From an uncultured virus (IMG/VR IMGVR_UViG_3300005002_000002) (Duplodnaviria; Heunggongvirae; Uroviricota; Caudoviricetes): a stretch of 30,574 bases of DNA. Of the stretch, positions 1-9,947 are shown piece by piece (positions within the stretch are counted from its first letter, which is position 1; every line of letters starts with the position of its first letter). The stretch is taken from IMG/VR virus record IMGVR_UViG_3300005002_000002. The stretch is one strand, 5' to 3'. Both the position numbers and the translations under genes were made by a program. The notes under the pieces were generated by a model, which was not told the DNA's origin, searched no databases, and worked only from the letters and a program-made list of their open reading frames with translations.

Positions 1-300
1 CATCTCCGCCACCTCCGGCGGCAGGAGATCCGTCAGGCAGACGCCCAGCGCAAGGCAGAGGACGATGTACCGGGAGATGCCCGGCTCCGCCCCCAACTCG
101 TAGCTGCCGATCATGGAGGACGTGAGCCGCCCTCCCGTTGCTGCCGCCACGTCCTCCAGCGTCATCCCCAGAGCCGTTCTCCGCTCCCGGATCAATGCGC
201 CGAGCCTCCCGTGGAAGCTGTCCGTATTGACGGGCTTCGATGGTCTGCCCGCCACGGGGCGGCGAGGTTGCCCCACCGCCCCCGTGGTCTTCTTGCTCAA
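1..300 (-). CDS. XRE-family helix-turn-helix transcriptional regulator (3' end runs off the window)
   Basis: Not in the ORF track. Hand translation from TTG at 300, overlapping the upstream TGA: MSKKTT...FHGRLGALIRERRTALGMTLEDVAAATGGRLTSSMIGSYELGAEPGISRYIVLCLALGVCLTDLLP, a typical HTH_3 pattern. Confidence 0.85.
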   Translation of the reverse strand, partial: MSKKTTGAVGQPRRPVAGRPSKPVNTDSFHGRLGALIRERRTALGMTLEDVAAATGGRLTSSMIGSYELGAEPGISRYIVLCLALGVCLTDLLPPEVAEM

Positions 301-854
301 TGGACACCCCCGCCCTTCTTCTCCGGCGGAGCCTCCCCCGTCGGGGTCTGCCCCGTCGGAGCCTTCTCCGCCTTGCCCCGACGGCGTCCCACCCCCAGCA
401 ACGCCAGGAACGCCTCCGCCGCAGCCCCCGACAGGACGCCCGTCCTCACCTCCATCCCCGGCGGCATCTGACCCGCCATGCTCGCCAGCATCGCCTCCAG
501 CGGGTCCATCTGCTGCCGCGTCTTGCCCATCGCGGCCATCATCGCGTCCGTCTGCTCGCGGATCGTCCCGCCCGCCACGTCGTAGTTCAGCACCTCGTCA
601 GCCGCCTGACGCGCCTTGAGGAGGGCCAGGACGCGGTCCATCGCCTCCGCGCTCTCCTTGTGCCCCAGCACCCACCCCAGCGCCTCCTGCATCATCGTCA
701 GGCCCACCGCGATGTCCGGCGGGATGTTGTGGACGCAGTAGGTGCTGCCGCACGACAGGAGCGTGGCGAGGCGGTCGAACCCCGCCTTGATCTCCGCCTG
801 CGTCGGCCTGCCGTTCGCCTTCGTCTCGCCCGTCGCCTTCGTCTGGTCGCTCAT
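297..854 (-). CDS. hypothetical protein, 185 aa
   Basis: ATG preceded by GGAGACGACG; protein-like composition; stop overlaps the next start. Confidence 0.75.
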   Translation of the reverse strand: MSDQTKATGETKANGRPTQAEIKAGFDRLATLLSCGSTYCVHNIPPDIAVGLTMMQEALGWVLGHKESAEAMDRVLALLKARQAADEVLNYDVAGGTIREQTDAMMAAMGKTRQQMDPLEAMLASMAGQMPPGMEVRTGVLSGAAAEAFLALLGVGRRRGKAEKAPTGQTPTGEAPPEKKGGGVH

Positions 855-887
855 CGTCGTCTCCGTCTCAGGTGAAAGGTTACACTC

Positions 888-1601
888 TCAGCAAGGCAGC
901 CCGCAGGCGCTCAGCGCCCGCATCACTTCCCGAAGCAGCGGCTGCCGGACGCTGCTCATGGGAGTCTCGTCGAACCAGTTGAGGAACCACCGGCACGCGG
1001 CGGGTTCTCCCATGTGCTTGTCGGTCAGGAAGCACATCTGGGCGAAGCCCTCTTCCACTTCGTTGATCGTCGCCCGCTCCGCCTTCGTCTTGACCAGCCC
1101 GCCCTTCCAGACGAGGTAGCCGACGAAGCACGCGCCGTCGCACGGGCGGTCCCCGCGTCCGGGGTAGTCCCTGACGCTGAAGCTGTCGCCCAGAGCCTCC
1201 GTCGTGTTGCCCTGGCACAGCGTCCCGTCGTCGTCACCCAGGAGGTAATGCTCGACCGCCCGGAGAGCCTTGACGTAGCCGAGCCGCCCGCCAGCCATCT
1301 CCCAGAGCGCGGGGAGGATGCCACGCCGGAACGTCTTCCGCCACGGCTCCGTCGCCTCCTCCTCGTCCTTGACCAGCGTGGGCGTCACGGAGAGCCGGAA
1401 CGTCCTCCCGTAGCTGTCGCGGACGAGCAAGCCCTCATCGACATCGAACGTCGCCCCGTCGATCAGGGCGGAGTGGTCGCCCAGCGACACCCCGGCCTCC
1501 CCGCACAGGCACGCCACCAGATACCCGGCGGGTGTAGTCTTGTACCCGAAAGTCTCCTCCGTCTCCCCCACCGCGTCGCACTTCATCAGATCCAGTGCCA
1601 T
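888..1601 (-). CDS. hypothetical phage protein (probable start MALDLMKC at 1601)
   Basis: Protein-like ORF directly downstream of the promoter at 1655-1682; GAGGG upstream of the ATG. Confidence 0.7.
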   Translation of the reverse strand: MALDLMKCDAVGETEETFGYKTTPAGYLVACLCGEAGVSLGDHSALIDGATFDVDEGLLVRDSYGRTFRLSVTPTLVKDEEEATEPWRKTFRRGILPALWEMAGGRLGYVKALRAVEHYLLGDDDGTLCQGNTTEALGDSFSVRDYPGRGDRPCDGACFVGYLVWKGGLVKTKAERATINEVEEGFAQMCFLTDKHMGEPAACRWFLNWFDETPMSSVRQPLLREVMRALSACGLPC

Positions 1602-1654
1602 CGCCTTGCCCTCTCGCAGTTGCCCCGCCCGGATCACCCAGGCGGGATACCCCT

Positions 1655-1682
1655 ATTGTAGCGTGCCTATTGAGGATTGCAA
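1655..1682 (-). promoter_or_regulatory. sigma70-like promoter TTGCAA-N16-TACAAT
   Basis: Minus-strand hexamers in an AT-rich intergenic gap; spacer begins TCCTCA, as in the promoter at 12262-12290. Confidence 0.65.
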
Positions 1683-1773
1683 ATTGGGTTTCCGTTCCTC
1701 CGGAGAACGGAAAACTACCCCCGGAAAAGCCCCCCAGCTTGTCGTCGCCTGGGGGGCTTCCCGAGGAGGTGGT

Positions 1774-2367
1774 TCAGAACGGGATGTCATCCTCGCTCAT
1801 GCCGCCCGGCGCGGGGCGGTCGTACTCGTCGGGCGGCTCGTAGCCGCGTGCGGGCTGGCGGGAGGTGCCTCCGCCCGTGTTGCGCCCGCCGTTGCCTCCG
1901 CCAGCCCCTCCCCGGTCCCCGGAGGGCCGGGTGCCGCCAGGTCGCCGGTCGTCGCGGGCGTTGCCCCGGTCGCGGTTGCCGGAGGAGCGGGAGCCGCCGC
2001 CCTCCTCGTCCTCCTTCTTGTCGAGCATCTGGAGGTTCGTGATGACGAACTTGATCTTCGACCGCTTCTGGCCCGTCTCCCGATCCTCCCACTTGTCCTG
2101 CTTGAGGTGGCCCTCGCAGAACACCTGCTTGCCCTTCCGGCAGTAGTCCAGCACCACGTCGGCCAGCGTCCCCTTCTCCCCGTAGTTGAACACCTCGCAG
2201 TCCAGCCACATGGGATCGTCTTCCCACTCCCCCGTCGCCGTGTTCTTCTTCCGCTCGTTGACGCAGAGGGAGAACTTCGCCATGTAGCCGCCGGTGCTGC
2301 GGAAGTCCACCTTCTCCGGATCGCCCCCCAGACGCCCAATCGCCATGTACTTGTTCAGCTTCGCCAT
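1774..2367 (-). CDS. ssb: single-stranded DNA-binding protein
   Basis: N-terminal LNKYMAIGRLGGDPE, KGKQVFCEGHLKQDKWED, Gly/Arg-rich linker, acidic C-terminal tip EDDIPF; start MAKLNK with GGAGACGACG RBS. Confidence 0.97.
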   Translation of the reverse strand: MAKLNKYMAIGRLGGDPEKVDFRSTGGYMAKFSLCVNERKKNTATGEWEDDPMWLDCEVFNYGEKGTLADVVLDYCRKGKQVFCEGHLKQDKWEDRETGQKRSKIKFVITNLQMLDKKEDEEGGGSRSSGNRDRGNARDDRRPGGTRPSGDRGGAGGGNGGRNTGGGTSRQPARGYEPPDEYDRPAPGGMSEDDIPF

Positions 2368-2442
2368 CGTCGTCTCCAGTCTCGCAGTTCCCTCCGTGGC
2401 CCGCTCCGGAACCGCCCGGAAGCTCCCCACGTCGGTATGAGA

Positions 2443-2471
2443 ATTCTACCAGATCCTCCCCCGGTTTTCCA
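2443..2471 (-). promoter_or_regulatory. promoter TGGAAA-N17-TAGAAT with extended -10 (TG), upstream of ssb
   Basis: 17-nt spacing, TGnTAGAAT, located in an intergenic gap. Confidence 0.65.
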
Positions 2472-2485
2472 CCCCGGTAGGTGCC

Positions 2486-2959
2486 TCACTCCGTCGCCAG
2501 CGTCCCGTCCGACCGGAGGGACGCCAGCAACGTCTCGATGCCGTGGAACGCCTCACGCGGGACGTTGAACGTGCCGCCCTTGACGCGGTACTCCCGCCTT
2601 GAGGCGACGACGCCCGACACCCAGCCGATCACGTCGTACTCCAGCGGGGAAAGCTCCTCGACAGCGACGTGGACGCTGTTGGGCGTCGGCTTGAAGACCG
2701 GCAGGAACGTCTCCCCCTTCGCCAGACAGCCGACCGTCAGGACGATCTCGCGCGGGATCTGCGGGGCCAGGAAGTCGTCCCCGATCCAGAACCACCCCAG
2801 CGACCGCGACACGACAAGCTCCGCCGTCGCGTCTTTGATCGCCCCTCCCCAAAGGTCGAAGCTGTCCTCATTCGGCATGTCGATGATGAGGGAGAGGCAC
2901 CGCCGGACGGCCACCGTGCCCGCGAACTCCCTGTCACTCCGCGTCAACGTCACCTTCAC
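2486..2959 (-). CDS. hypothetical protein, 157 aa
   Basis: GTG start with GGAGG RBS; fills the gap between nrdJ and ssb. Confidence 0.7.
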   Translation of the reverse strand: MKVTLTRSDREFAGTVAVRRCLSLIIDMPNEDSFDLWGGAIKDATAELVVSRSLGWFWIGDDFLAPQIPREIVLTVGCLAKGETFLPVFKPTPNSVHVAVEELSPLEYDVIGWVSGVVASRREYRVKGGTFNVPREAFHGIETLLASLRSDGTLATE

Positions 2960-2986
2960 GTCAGCCTCCCCGTCGTCCCAGAGTCG

Positions 2987-3030
2987 CCCGTGGGGGAAGG
3001 GGAAGCCCGCGCCTCCCCTTCCCCCACGGG
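2987..3030. repeat. inverted pair of CCCGTGGGGG-purine elements (long hairpin, possible terminator of nrdJ)
   Basis: CCCGTGGGGGAAGGGGA at 2987 and TCCCCTTCCCCCACGGG ending at 3030. Confidence 0.85.
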
Positions 3031-3041
3031 AGTGAACACTT

Positions 3042-6000
3042 TCACCCGCAGCCGGTCGTCGCCCCGCAGTCGTCGCACTTGAGGCAAGCCCCGGAGCGGA
3101 CGAGGGTGAACATGCCGCACTGCGGACACGCCTCCCCCTCGTACCCCTTCATCCGTGCCGCCCTCAAGGCGACGCCGACCGTGTTGGACTTCTCCGCCTT
3201 GATCGCCTGCACCTCCTCCTCCGCCACCCACTCCGGCTCCGACTCCGCCCGCCCCTCCTCCTCGACCTGTCGGAACTCATGCCGACCGAGGTAGTTCACG
3301 GCAAGCTCCCGGAAGATGAAGTCCACGATGCTCGTCCCGCTCCGGATCGTCGGGTGCCCCTGGATCATCCCCGCCGGATCGAACCGGACGCCGATGAACG
3401 CCTCCACGAACTCCTCCAGCGGGACGCCGTGCTGCAAGCCCAGCGACACCGCGATGGCGAAGCAGTTCGCCCAGGAGCGGAGCGTAGCACCCGTCTTCGA
3501 CAGGTCGATGAAAATCTCGCCCAGCGTCCCGTCGTTGTACTCCCCCGTCCGGACGAACAGCCCGTGCCCTCCGATGCGGACCTTCTGCGTGTAGCCGTTC
3601 CGCCGATCCGGGAGCTTGCGACGTTTGGCGATGTAGCGGTACACCACCCGCTCCGCGATCCGTGCCGCCTGCACGACGGCCTCCCCCTCCTCCTCCTCGC
3701 CGCCCCCGCTCATCAGCGGCTGGGACAGCTTGCTGCCGTCGCGGAAGAGCGCCACCGCCTTGAGGGCCAGACGCCAGGACTCCTCATAGACGCTGCGGAC
3801 CATCGCCCGCGTCGCCTCCTTCGGGAGGTTCACCGTCTTGCTGATCGCCCCCGACAGGAACGGCTGGGCTGCCGCCATGACGTACAGGTGGCTGAACGGA
3901 GGCAAGCTCCGCCTCCCCTTCGCCCCGCACTTGTTCGCACAGTCGAAGACCGCCAGATGCTCCTCCTTGAGGTGCGGAGCGCCCTCCACCGTCATCGTCC
4001 CGCACAGGGCTTCGTTGATCTCCTCCATCTGCTCGCGGGTCAGCTTCGCCTCCTCCCGCACCTTCTTCGGCACCAGCATCCGAACGTCCACGCACGTCGG
4101 CAGGGACTCCTCCAGACGGGCCAGGGCGTCGTCGTCGTACCCCGCCAGCTTGAGCCGGGAGGCGAAGTCGTGCGGTGCCGCGTCGAGCTTCGGCGTCCCC
4201 AGCATGTACCGCCTGATGTCGTCGATCTGCTCCGCCGTGTAGCCCAGCGCCGACAACGCCACCGGCACGCTCTGGTTCGTCAGCTTGAAGTAGCCGCCGC
4301 CCGCGAGCTTCTTGAACTTGACCAGCGCGAAGTCCGGCTCGATCCCCGTCGTGTCCGCGTCCATCAGAAGCCCGATGGTCCCCGTCGGGGCGCACAGCGT
4401 CCACTGTGCGTTCCGGTATCCGTGCCTCCTCCCCTTCGCCAGACACTCCGCCCCCGCCTCCTGGGCCGCAGAGAGGAGGAAGCCCGGCACCGTGTAATCC
4501 GTCAGACGGTGCGGCTCCTTCGACAGGCCGATGAAAGCGCCAGTCGGGTACGCCGCCGTGACGTGGTTCTCGACGACGCGGAGCATCTCCTGCCGGTTCG
4601 CGTCGAACCGTGGGAACGTCCCGACGACGGAGGCGCACTCAGCGGAACGGATGCCAGCCGAGAAGTGCATCAAGGCCGTCAGGGCACCGATCCAACCACG
4701 CCCCGCGTGGCTGTCGTAGGGGATGCCCATCCGCATCAGGAGGGCACCGACGTTGCAGTACCCCAGCCCCATCGTCCGGTACTTCGCCGTCCCCTCCGCG
4801 ATGGCCCGCGTCGGGAAGCTCGCCATGCCCGCCGTGATCTCAAGGACGAGCGCCCAGACGGAGCAGGCGTGGGTGTAACCTTTTACGTCGAACGGCTCCG
4901 CCCCGTCCGGCGTGTGGAACTTGACGGCGTTGACGGAGGCGAGGTTGCAGCCGGTGTCGTTGAGCCAAAAATATTCCGAGCAGGGGTTGCTGGCGACGAT
5001 CTCCCCGTCATTGGGACAGGTGTTCCATTCGTTGATCGTCGTGCTGAAGTGCAGGCCGGGATCGGCGCTAGACCACGCCGCGTCGATGATCTGCCCCCAC
5101 AGCCTCCCGCCGGAGACGAGGCGGCAGGGCTGCGGCTCCCTGCCGTCCCGCTTCGCCTTCCGCTTCTCCGTCCTCCAGAAGAGGGGCACCGGCTCGTCGC
5201 GGAGGAGCTTCATCATCTGCTCGTCCGACACCCGCACGGTGTTGTTCGCGTTCTGCCCGCTGACGGTCTGGTACGCTTGCCCGTTGAAGTCCGTGTCCAG
5301 CGTCGGCAGGGGGAGATCCTCCATCCCCTCCCGCCCGGCGTCCACCGCCTTCTTGACGTATTGCAACGGCACGCCAGCCGCCTTCGCCGCACGCGCCGCC
5401 TCGTCCACCTGGGGCGTCGTCCGGTCCTCCTTGAGGTTGGGCAGGCCGCTTTCCCTCGCCGCCTTGAGGATCGCCGCCGTGTGCCGACGGATCAGCGACG
5501 CGCCAGCGACGAGCGCCGCCACCTTGTTCTCCTCCTCCTCCTTCCAGCCGATGTACCGCTCGATGTCCGGGTGATCCAAGTCCACCACGATCATCTTCGC
5601 AGCGCGGCGCGTCGTGCCTCCGCTCTTGATCGCACCGGCGGAGCGGTCGAGGGTACGCAGCCAGGACGCCATGCCGGAGGAGACGCCGCCGCCGGAGAGC
5701 GGCTCGCCCTCGCCACGGAGCGGGGAGAAGTTCGTGCCCGAACCCCCGCCGTACTTGAACACCCTCGCCTCGCTGGTCGCGAGATCCATGATGCCGCCCG
5801 CGTCCACCAGCGAGTCGTCAACGCTCTGGATGAAGCAGGCGTGGCTCTGCGGTCGGCTGAAGCCGTCCCCGACGCGGTAGGCGCGGAACCGGGAGCCGTC
5901 GCCCTTGTCCTCCTCCGCCCGCCAGGAGTCGAACGCCCACTGCCCGCTGTCGTCGCCCGTGATGCCGTAGGCCCAATGCAGGCCGGTGTTGAACCACTGC

Positions 6001-6479
6001 GGGGAGGCGGGAGCCGCCATCTGAGCGGCCAGCATGTACAGGATCTCGTCGTGGAACGCGCGGGCGTTCTCCAGCGTGTTGTCCCGCGTCGCCGGTCCCT
6101 GGTCGAGCTTGCCGAACAGCCCCTGCTTGAGGCCGTGATACGTCCACGCTCCCGCCAGACGGCGGAAGACGCACCGGGCGTCGTTCTCCGCCCCGTAGGG
6201 CGTCCCATCCGCCGGTTCGCTCCGCTGAAGCCACGCAGGGATCGGGTAGCCGTCCACCGCCTCCGGGACGTGCTTGGTGACGACGGGCACCCCCGCCCGC
6301 CTCGCGTACTTCTGGGCGAGGATGTCGGTGGCGGTCTGCGACCAGCCGACGGGCACCGTGATGGGGGACTCGACTCCGCCCGTCCCGTTCTCGTTCCGAA
6401 CCTTGCTTGACCGTAGTTCCCACTTGAAGAGATCGAACGGGTTCCCGCCCCGCTTCGTGAACAGCCGATTCACCATCAT
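3042..6479 (-). CDS. nrdJ: adenosylcobalamin-dependent (class II) ribonucleotide reductase with C-terminal TSCPD and Zn-ribbon regions
   Basis: [36 protein letters not shown] (radical Cys), [24 protein letters not shown], and C-terminal CPQC...[10 protein letters not shown]. Confidence 0.97.
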   Translation of the reverse strand: MMVNRLFTKRGGNPFDLFKWELRSSKVRNENGTGGVESPITVPVGWSQTATDILAQKYARRAGVPVVTKHVPEAVDGYPIPAWLQRSEPADGTPYGAENDARCVFRRLAGAWTYHGLKQGLFGKLDQGPATRDNTLENARAFHDEILYMLAAQMAAPASPQWFNTGLHWAYGITGDDSGQWAFDSWRAEEDKGDGSRFRAYRVGDGFSRPQSHACFIQSVDDSLVDAGGIMDLATSEARVFKYGGGSGTNFSPLRGEGEPLSGGGVSSGMASWLRTLDRSAGAIKSGGTTRRAAKMIVVDLDHPDIERYIGWKEEEENKVAALVAGASLIRRHTAAILKAARESGLPNLKEDRTTPQVDEAARAAKAAGVPLQYVKKAVDAGREGMEDLPLPTLDTDFNGQAYQTVSGQNANNTVRVSDEQMMKLLRDEPVPLFWRTEKRKAKRDGREPQPCRLVSGGRLWGQIIDAAWSSADPGLHFSTTINEWNTCPNDGEIVASNPCSEYFWLNDTGCNLASVNAVKFHTPDGAEPFDVKGYTHACSVWALVLEITAGMASFPTRAIAEGTAKYRTMGLGYCNVGALLMRMGIPYDSHAGRGWIGALTALMHFSAGIRSAECASVVGTFPRFDANRQEMLRVVENHVTAAYPTGAFIGLSKEPHRLTDYTVPGFLLSAAQEAGAECLAKGRRHGYRNAQWTLCAPTGTIGLLMDADTTGIEPDFALVKFKKLAGGGYFKLTNQSVPVALSALGYTAEQIDDIRRYMLGTPKLDAAPHDFASRLKLAGYDDDALARLEESLPTCVDVRMLVPKKVREEAKLTREQMEEINEALCGTMTVEGAPHLKEEHLAVFDCANKCGAKGRRSLPPFSHLYVMAAAQPFLSGAISKTVNLPKEATRAMVRSVYEESWRLALKAVALFRDGSKLSQPLMSGGGEEEEGEAVVQAARIAERVVYRYIAKRRKLPDRRNGYTQKVRIGGHGLFVRTGEYNDGTLGEIFIDLSKTGATLRSWANCFAIAVSLGLQHGVPLEEFVEAFIGVRFDPAGMIQGHPTIRSGTSIVDFIFRELAVNYLGRHEFRQVEEEGRAESEPEWVAEEEVQAIKAEKSNTVGVALRAARMKGYEGEACPQCGMFTLVRSGACLKCDDCGATTGCG

Positions 6480-6518
6480 GACCGTTTCCCTCGTTGTGCT
6501 TGCTTGCCTACGGGAGGG

Positions 6519-6547
6519 ATCTTAAACGGCCCCTCCCGATCTTTCCA
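6519..6547 (-). promoter_or_regulatory. promoter TGGAAA-N17-TAAGAT upstream of nrdJ; -10 flanked by an 8-bp inverted repeat
   Basis: 17-nt spacer; CGGGAGGG (6511-6518) and CCCTCCCG (6531-6538) bracket the -10. Confidence 0.65.
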
Positions 6548-6548
6548 C

Positions 6549-7106
6549 TCACCCCATCGTGTCGCCCGTGGGGGGAGGGAGAGGCGGACGAACCACCACC
6601 TGTCCGCCCACGCCCCTCGTAGCGCCCTCATCCTCATCGAAGAACGTGACGATGCCCGCCCCCGGATGCCCGGAGACTGCCGCCTGGACGCGGGCCAGAT
6701 CCACGGGGCTGACCTGTCCCAGGTTGATCGTCGTCATGTTGCCGACGGGAGCGCCGATGACACGGACCTTGATGACGCTCCCCACCACGTCCAACAGCTT
6801 GACGTTCTGCCACCTCTCCCCGATCCTGGCGCGGAAGACGACCTCGCCCGCCCCCGTCGGCTCCTCCGTCTCGACGCGACGCGACGGCGCGCCGCTCCCC
6901 CAACCCACCCCGTACTGTGCCAGCATCTCCCTCGCCTCCGGCACCCGCTCCAGCCACTCGACGAACGCCGCCAGAGGGTAGACGCTCTCCCCGCAGTTGA
7001 CGGCCAACTGCTTCTCAGAGAGTTGCCCCGCTGGCCTCTCCGTCGAAAAGGCTTGTTCGTCCGGCAGGCGCGTCAGCAGCGACTTCAGCACGTCTCGCAG
7101 ATCCAT
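6549..7106 (-). CDS. hypothetical protein (start MDLRDVLK)
   Basis: ATG at 7106 with GAGG RBS; the track ORF upstream of it is a shadow of the neighbouring gene. Confidence 0.7.
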   Translation of the reverse strand: MDLRDVLKSLLTRLPDEQAFSTERPAGQLSEKQLAVNCGESVYPLAAFVEWLERVPEAREMLAQYGVGWGSGAPSRRVETEEPTGAGEVVFRARIGERWQNVKLLDVVGSVIKVRVIGAPVGNMTTINLGQVSPVDLARVQAAVSGHPGAGIVTFFDEDEGATRGVGGQVVVRPPLPPPTGDTMG

Positions 7107-7791
7107 GTTGCTTGACCTCTTGAGGTGTAATGTTTGCCTTCTCCGGGTGCCCCTCGACGGCACCGCAATCGAACAGCATAGCCACCGCCCCGCGAGGAGG
7201 ACGCCACGCCTCCTGTAGCTTCGCGGCGTTCCGCAGGCAGCGCTGCACCCACTGCTCGCGCTCCATCGGGTGTTCGTCCCGTCCGGGGAATCGAGGCCAG
7301 ACGGCGGAGCGGATCGCCGCCACGACCTTGTCGGTGGCGAGGCCGATGTACGAGTACAGCCCCCACTTCTCCCGCACGTCGAACTCGATACGGGCGAGGC
7401 CGTCGCAGACGGAGAGGCCCATGCCCCACTGATCCTCATACTTCAGCCCGCCCTCCGGCAGGCCGTGCCGGACGTTCAACGTCTGTTCGGCGTAGCTGAT
7501 GAACTTGTACCAGCCTCCGTTGCCGATCTCGCAGAAGCTCCGATCCGGGTTCCAGATGGCGTAGCGGGAGAGGACGAACGCCGCCCCCGCCAGCAGCCCG
7601 TGGTCTATGCTCGCGAACCCGTCACGCAAGGACGACTCCGGCCAGGGCGTCATGCCGAACGAGGTGGCGATATCGAACGCCTCCGCGTTGACCCTACCCA
7701 GGAGCGCCTTCGCCTCCTGCGGCACCTTCGCCCAGGCTGGCTCCGCCGCCTCCTTGAACATCCTTCGGATCTTCGCCTGCCCTTCGCTCAT
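7015..7791 (-). CDS. hypothetical protein, 258 aa
   Basis: ATG with GGGGAG RBS; globular-looking composition; 3' end overlaps the next gene. Confidence 0.7.
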   Translation of the reverse strand: MSEGQAKIRRMFKEAAEPAWAKVPQEAKALLGRVNAEAFDIATSFGMTPWPESSLRDGFASIDHGLLAGAAFVLSRYAIWNPDRSFCEIGNGGWYKFISYAEQTLNVRHGLPEGGLKYEDQWGMGLSVCDGLARIEFDVREKWGLYSYIGLATDKVVAAIRSAVWPRFPGRDEHPMEREQWVQRCLRNAAKLQEAWRPPRGAVAMLFDCGAVEGHPEKANITPQEVKQHGSARRAEVAADAPAGRTSLFDGEASGATL

Positions 7792-8014
7792 GTCTCCCCC
7801 CGTCGATCTTGATGGGACTCCCGCAGTGCCGACAGGGCTTGTCGAGATCGGGCCAGAAGGCCGGACGCCAGCAGTGCCCGTTGCTGCACCGCCCCGTCGG
7901 AGATCCCGCCGCCGTCCAGGCCCGGAAGTCCTCCACGCTCTTGAAGCCCAGCCCCTCCGCCGCCTCCGCCTCCGTCACGGGACGGCCTTCCATGTCCTTG
8001 ACGCGGTCGCTCAT
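7694..8014 (-). CDS. small Zn-ribbon-like hypothetical protein (MSDRVKDM)
   Basis: ATGA overlap at 8011-8014; CSNGHC...CRHC. Confidence 0.55.
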   Translation of the reverse strand: MSDRVKDMEGRPVTEAEAAEGLGFKSVEDFRAWTAAGSPTGRCSNGHCWRPAFWPDLDKPCRHCGSPIKIDGGRHERRAGEDPKDVQGGGGASLGEGAAGGEGAPG

Positions 8015-8358
8015 TTCGCCTTCCGCTCCAGCTTGTTCCGGTGCTTGTCTTCCGCGTCTCCGCCGCACCGGACGCACAGCCCGTAGCGGACGCCGCAGGC
8101 GTGGCACAGAACGTCCACGCATGTGTTGCCGGAGTGCAAGGTTTCACCGCACCCCTCCCCGCCGCACGGGCGGTGCGAACACGTCGCGCCGCCGATCCGC
8201 TGCCGGAGGTAGAAGCACGTCCGGCAGCACTGTGCCTTCCGCCGCTCCGTCCTCGCCACGTCCTCCGCCGCCTCGCGGACGCGGTCCATGTACTCCTGAT
8301 TGCCAGCCGTCGTCGTCTGGACGCGGCACAGGTCAACGCTCTCCTTGTGAAGCTCCAC
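8011..8358 (-). CDS. Cys-rich putative zinc-finger protein
   Basis: CCRTC, CSHRPC...C, CHAC, CVRC pairs. Confidence 0.7.
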   Translation of the reverse strand: MELHKESVDLCRVQTTTAGNQEYMDRVREAAEDVARTERRKAQCCRTCFYLRQRIGGATCSHRPCGGEGCGETLHSGNTCVDVLCHACGVRYGLCVRCGGDAEDKHRNKLERKAK

Positions 8359-8460
8359 CGTACCACCCTCCCGGATCGCATAGGATCGCCGCCAATCGAC
8401 GCGGAGGGGTCAAGGCGACGTTCGCCCCGTCCAGCCCCTCCGCGCGTCTCCTTGAGGCCG

Positions 8461-8655
8461 CTAGGCGATGTCGGAGAGGGTGGCCGGGTCCGTCGTCTCG
8501 ACGACGAACGTGAGGCGGTCGCGATCCGACCGGAAGGAGACGACGCTGCCGTCACGCTTCTCGTAGGCGTCATCCAGGCGCTTGAAGATCCGCTGGAACC
8601 TCGTCACGTCCTCCGCGTGGATGGTGAGGACGGTGACGCTCGCAGTGTCAGCCAT
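8461..8655 (-). CDS. small hypothetical protein (MADTASVT)
   Basis: ATG overlaps the upstream gene end; 64 aa, protein-like. Confidence 0.55.
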   Translation of the reverse strand: MADTASVTVLTIHAEDVTRFQRIFKRLDDAYEKRDGSVVSFRSDRDRLTFVVETTDPATLSDIA

Positions 8656-9052
8656 TGAAGGGGAACCTCGTCTGGGGCATCGCTTGCTCCTTCTTCCTCC
8701 CCGGCGGCTTCGTCGGGATGGAGAGGGCAAGCGCCATGTCACGGTTGACGAACGCGGCCACGATGAAGCCGCACGCTTCGATGTCGGTCATGAAGATCCG
8801 GGCGGCAGGCAGCCCCCCGTCGAAGCTCCACGACACGCGGATGTAGCTCTCACTGAACACCTCGACGGAGGCCATCGCCCCGTCCGGCTTCAAGTGCATC
8901 ACCCACCGCCTCCGATCCTCCGCCCGCTGCGGCTCCGTCGCCGCCAGCTTGTACTCCTTGAGGACGGCGTGCATCTGCCGTGCCGCCTTCTCTCGCGGGG
9001 AAGGTTCCTTCGGGGCGTAGTCGTCGCCCTGGAAAAGCTCCTCCTCGTTCAT
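8648..9052 (-). CDS. hypothetical protein (MNEEELFQ)
   Basis: ATGA overlap at 9049-9052 with GGAGG RBS. Confidence 0.65.
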   Translation of the reverse strand: MNEEELFQGDDYAPKEPSPREKAARQMHAVLKEYKLAATEPQRAEDRRRWVMHLKPDGAMASVEVFSESYIRVSWSFDGGLPAARIFMTDIEACGFIVAAFVNRDMALALSIPTKPPGRKKEQAMPQTRFPFNG

Positions 9053-9231
9053 TCCAGCCTCCGCTTCGTCGGCGTCCCGTGGGTGCCGTTGGGGAGGACG
9101 GGATACACCCAGCACTCGACGTGCGTGCCGGGAACCCGCTTGCAATCGCTCTCCATCTTGAAGCGGTCGCTGTCCATGTTGAGCCAGACCCCGCTCGCAC
9201 CGACCAGAACGTATTTTACCAGACTCCTCAT
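9049..9231 (-). CDS. small hypothetical protein (MRSLVKYV)
   Basis: ATG at 9231 downstream of GGAGG; stop overlaps the next start. Confidence 0.55.
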   Translation of the reverse strand: MRSLVKYVLVGASGVWLNMDSDRFKMESDCKRVPGTHVECWVYPVLPNGTHGTPTKRRLE

Positions 9232-9252
9232 CTCGCCGCGCCCTCCCGGTTG

Positions 9253-9310
9253 CCCGTGGGGGGAGTGAGGACGCCAGCCCTCGCCTCCCCCACGGGTGTA
9301 AGGTTTGACC
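9253..9310. repeat. CCCGTGGGGG inverted-repeat hairpin (9253-9296) overlapping a 16-bp palindromic box (9295-9310)
   Basis: CCCGTGGGGGGAG...CTCCCCCACGGG followed by GGTGTAAGGTTTGACC. Confidence 0.85.
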
Positions 9311-9311
9311 G

Positions 9312-9863
9312 TCACGCCGGGATCGGCAACTGCTCCCGGACGTTGAAGGCCATGCCGCCCCACTGCGTCCGCGTGCAGAACTGCCCGATCCAGACGCTGT
9401 TGTTGCGCCGCATGTAGACCATCCGCGTCGAGGGGCACCACCAGAACGTGCCCATCGCCGCCTTGCCGATGTAGACGCGCCCCGTCGGCCCGTCGATCTT
9501 CCGCCCCTCCGTCGAGACGACGGTGGCGAACTCCGGCAGGCGGAGCTTCTCCGGGCGGACGGGCTGCGGCGCGTCCTTGACCGTCGCCACCGTCGCCTCT
9601 GCGTACTTGATGCGCTTGCCCATCTTCTCCAACCTCTTGAAGTAGAAAGCCCGGTACGAGGTGTGGAACTTCCAGAAGCACCCCACCCCGCAGAACACGA
9701 CACCATCACCCTCGTCCAGGGCTTCCGCCGCCTGGATGGCGTCGTCCTGCAACAGGACGATGTCCTCGCCGTGGACGTAGGCGATGACGACCGCGTCGCC
9801 CTCCTCGCCCTTGAGCGTATCCCAGCTATCGAACATCTCAGCGTACAGTTCCGCGAACCGCAT
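9312..9863 (-). CDS. protein with a degenerate MutS domain I-like N-terminus
   Basis: WDTLKGEEGDAVVIAYVHGEDIVLLQDDAIQAAEALD...YFKRLEKMGKRIKYAE parallels MutS_I (Y..lK...pDall....GdFYe.f.eDA..aa..L...yl.rLv..G.rvai.E). Confidence 0.55.
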   Translation of the reverse strand: MRFAELYAEMFDSWDTLKGEEGDAVVIAYVHGEDIVLLQDDAIQAAEALDEGDGVVFCGVGCFWKFHTSYRAFYFKRLEKMGKRIKYAEATVATVKDAPQPVRPEKLRLPEFATVVSTEGRKIDGPTGRVYIGKAAMGTFWWCPSTRMVYMRRNNSVWIGQFCTRTQWGGMAFNVREQLPIPA

Positions 9864-9947
9864 TTTAACAGCCTCCCGCCCCCGTCGTGGGGCACCGTGC
9901 CCCGCCCCCTCCTCCCGCCAGCGCGACGGGGAGGGGCGGAGTCGATC

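Noticed and set aside
2956..3231. 91-aa minus-strand ORF spanning the nrdJ end and the hairpin
   Set aside because: Alternative frame over the nrdJ C-terminus and the repeat element; no RBS or protein-like features.
5100..5560. Possible intein or insertion in nrdJ
   Set aside because: No intein N-terminal Cys/Ser block, His-Asn end or LAGLIDADG motifs; the helical insert is typical of long NrdJ proteins.
3279..6410. 1043-aa plus-strand ORF, and similar long plus-strand ORFs (20975-23173, 24731-26575, 26316-27806, 9663-10997)
   Set aside because: Antisense shadows of well-supported minus-strand genes. High GC3 suppresses stops on the opposite strand, and the translations are Arg/Pro/His-rich with no motifs.
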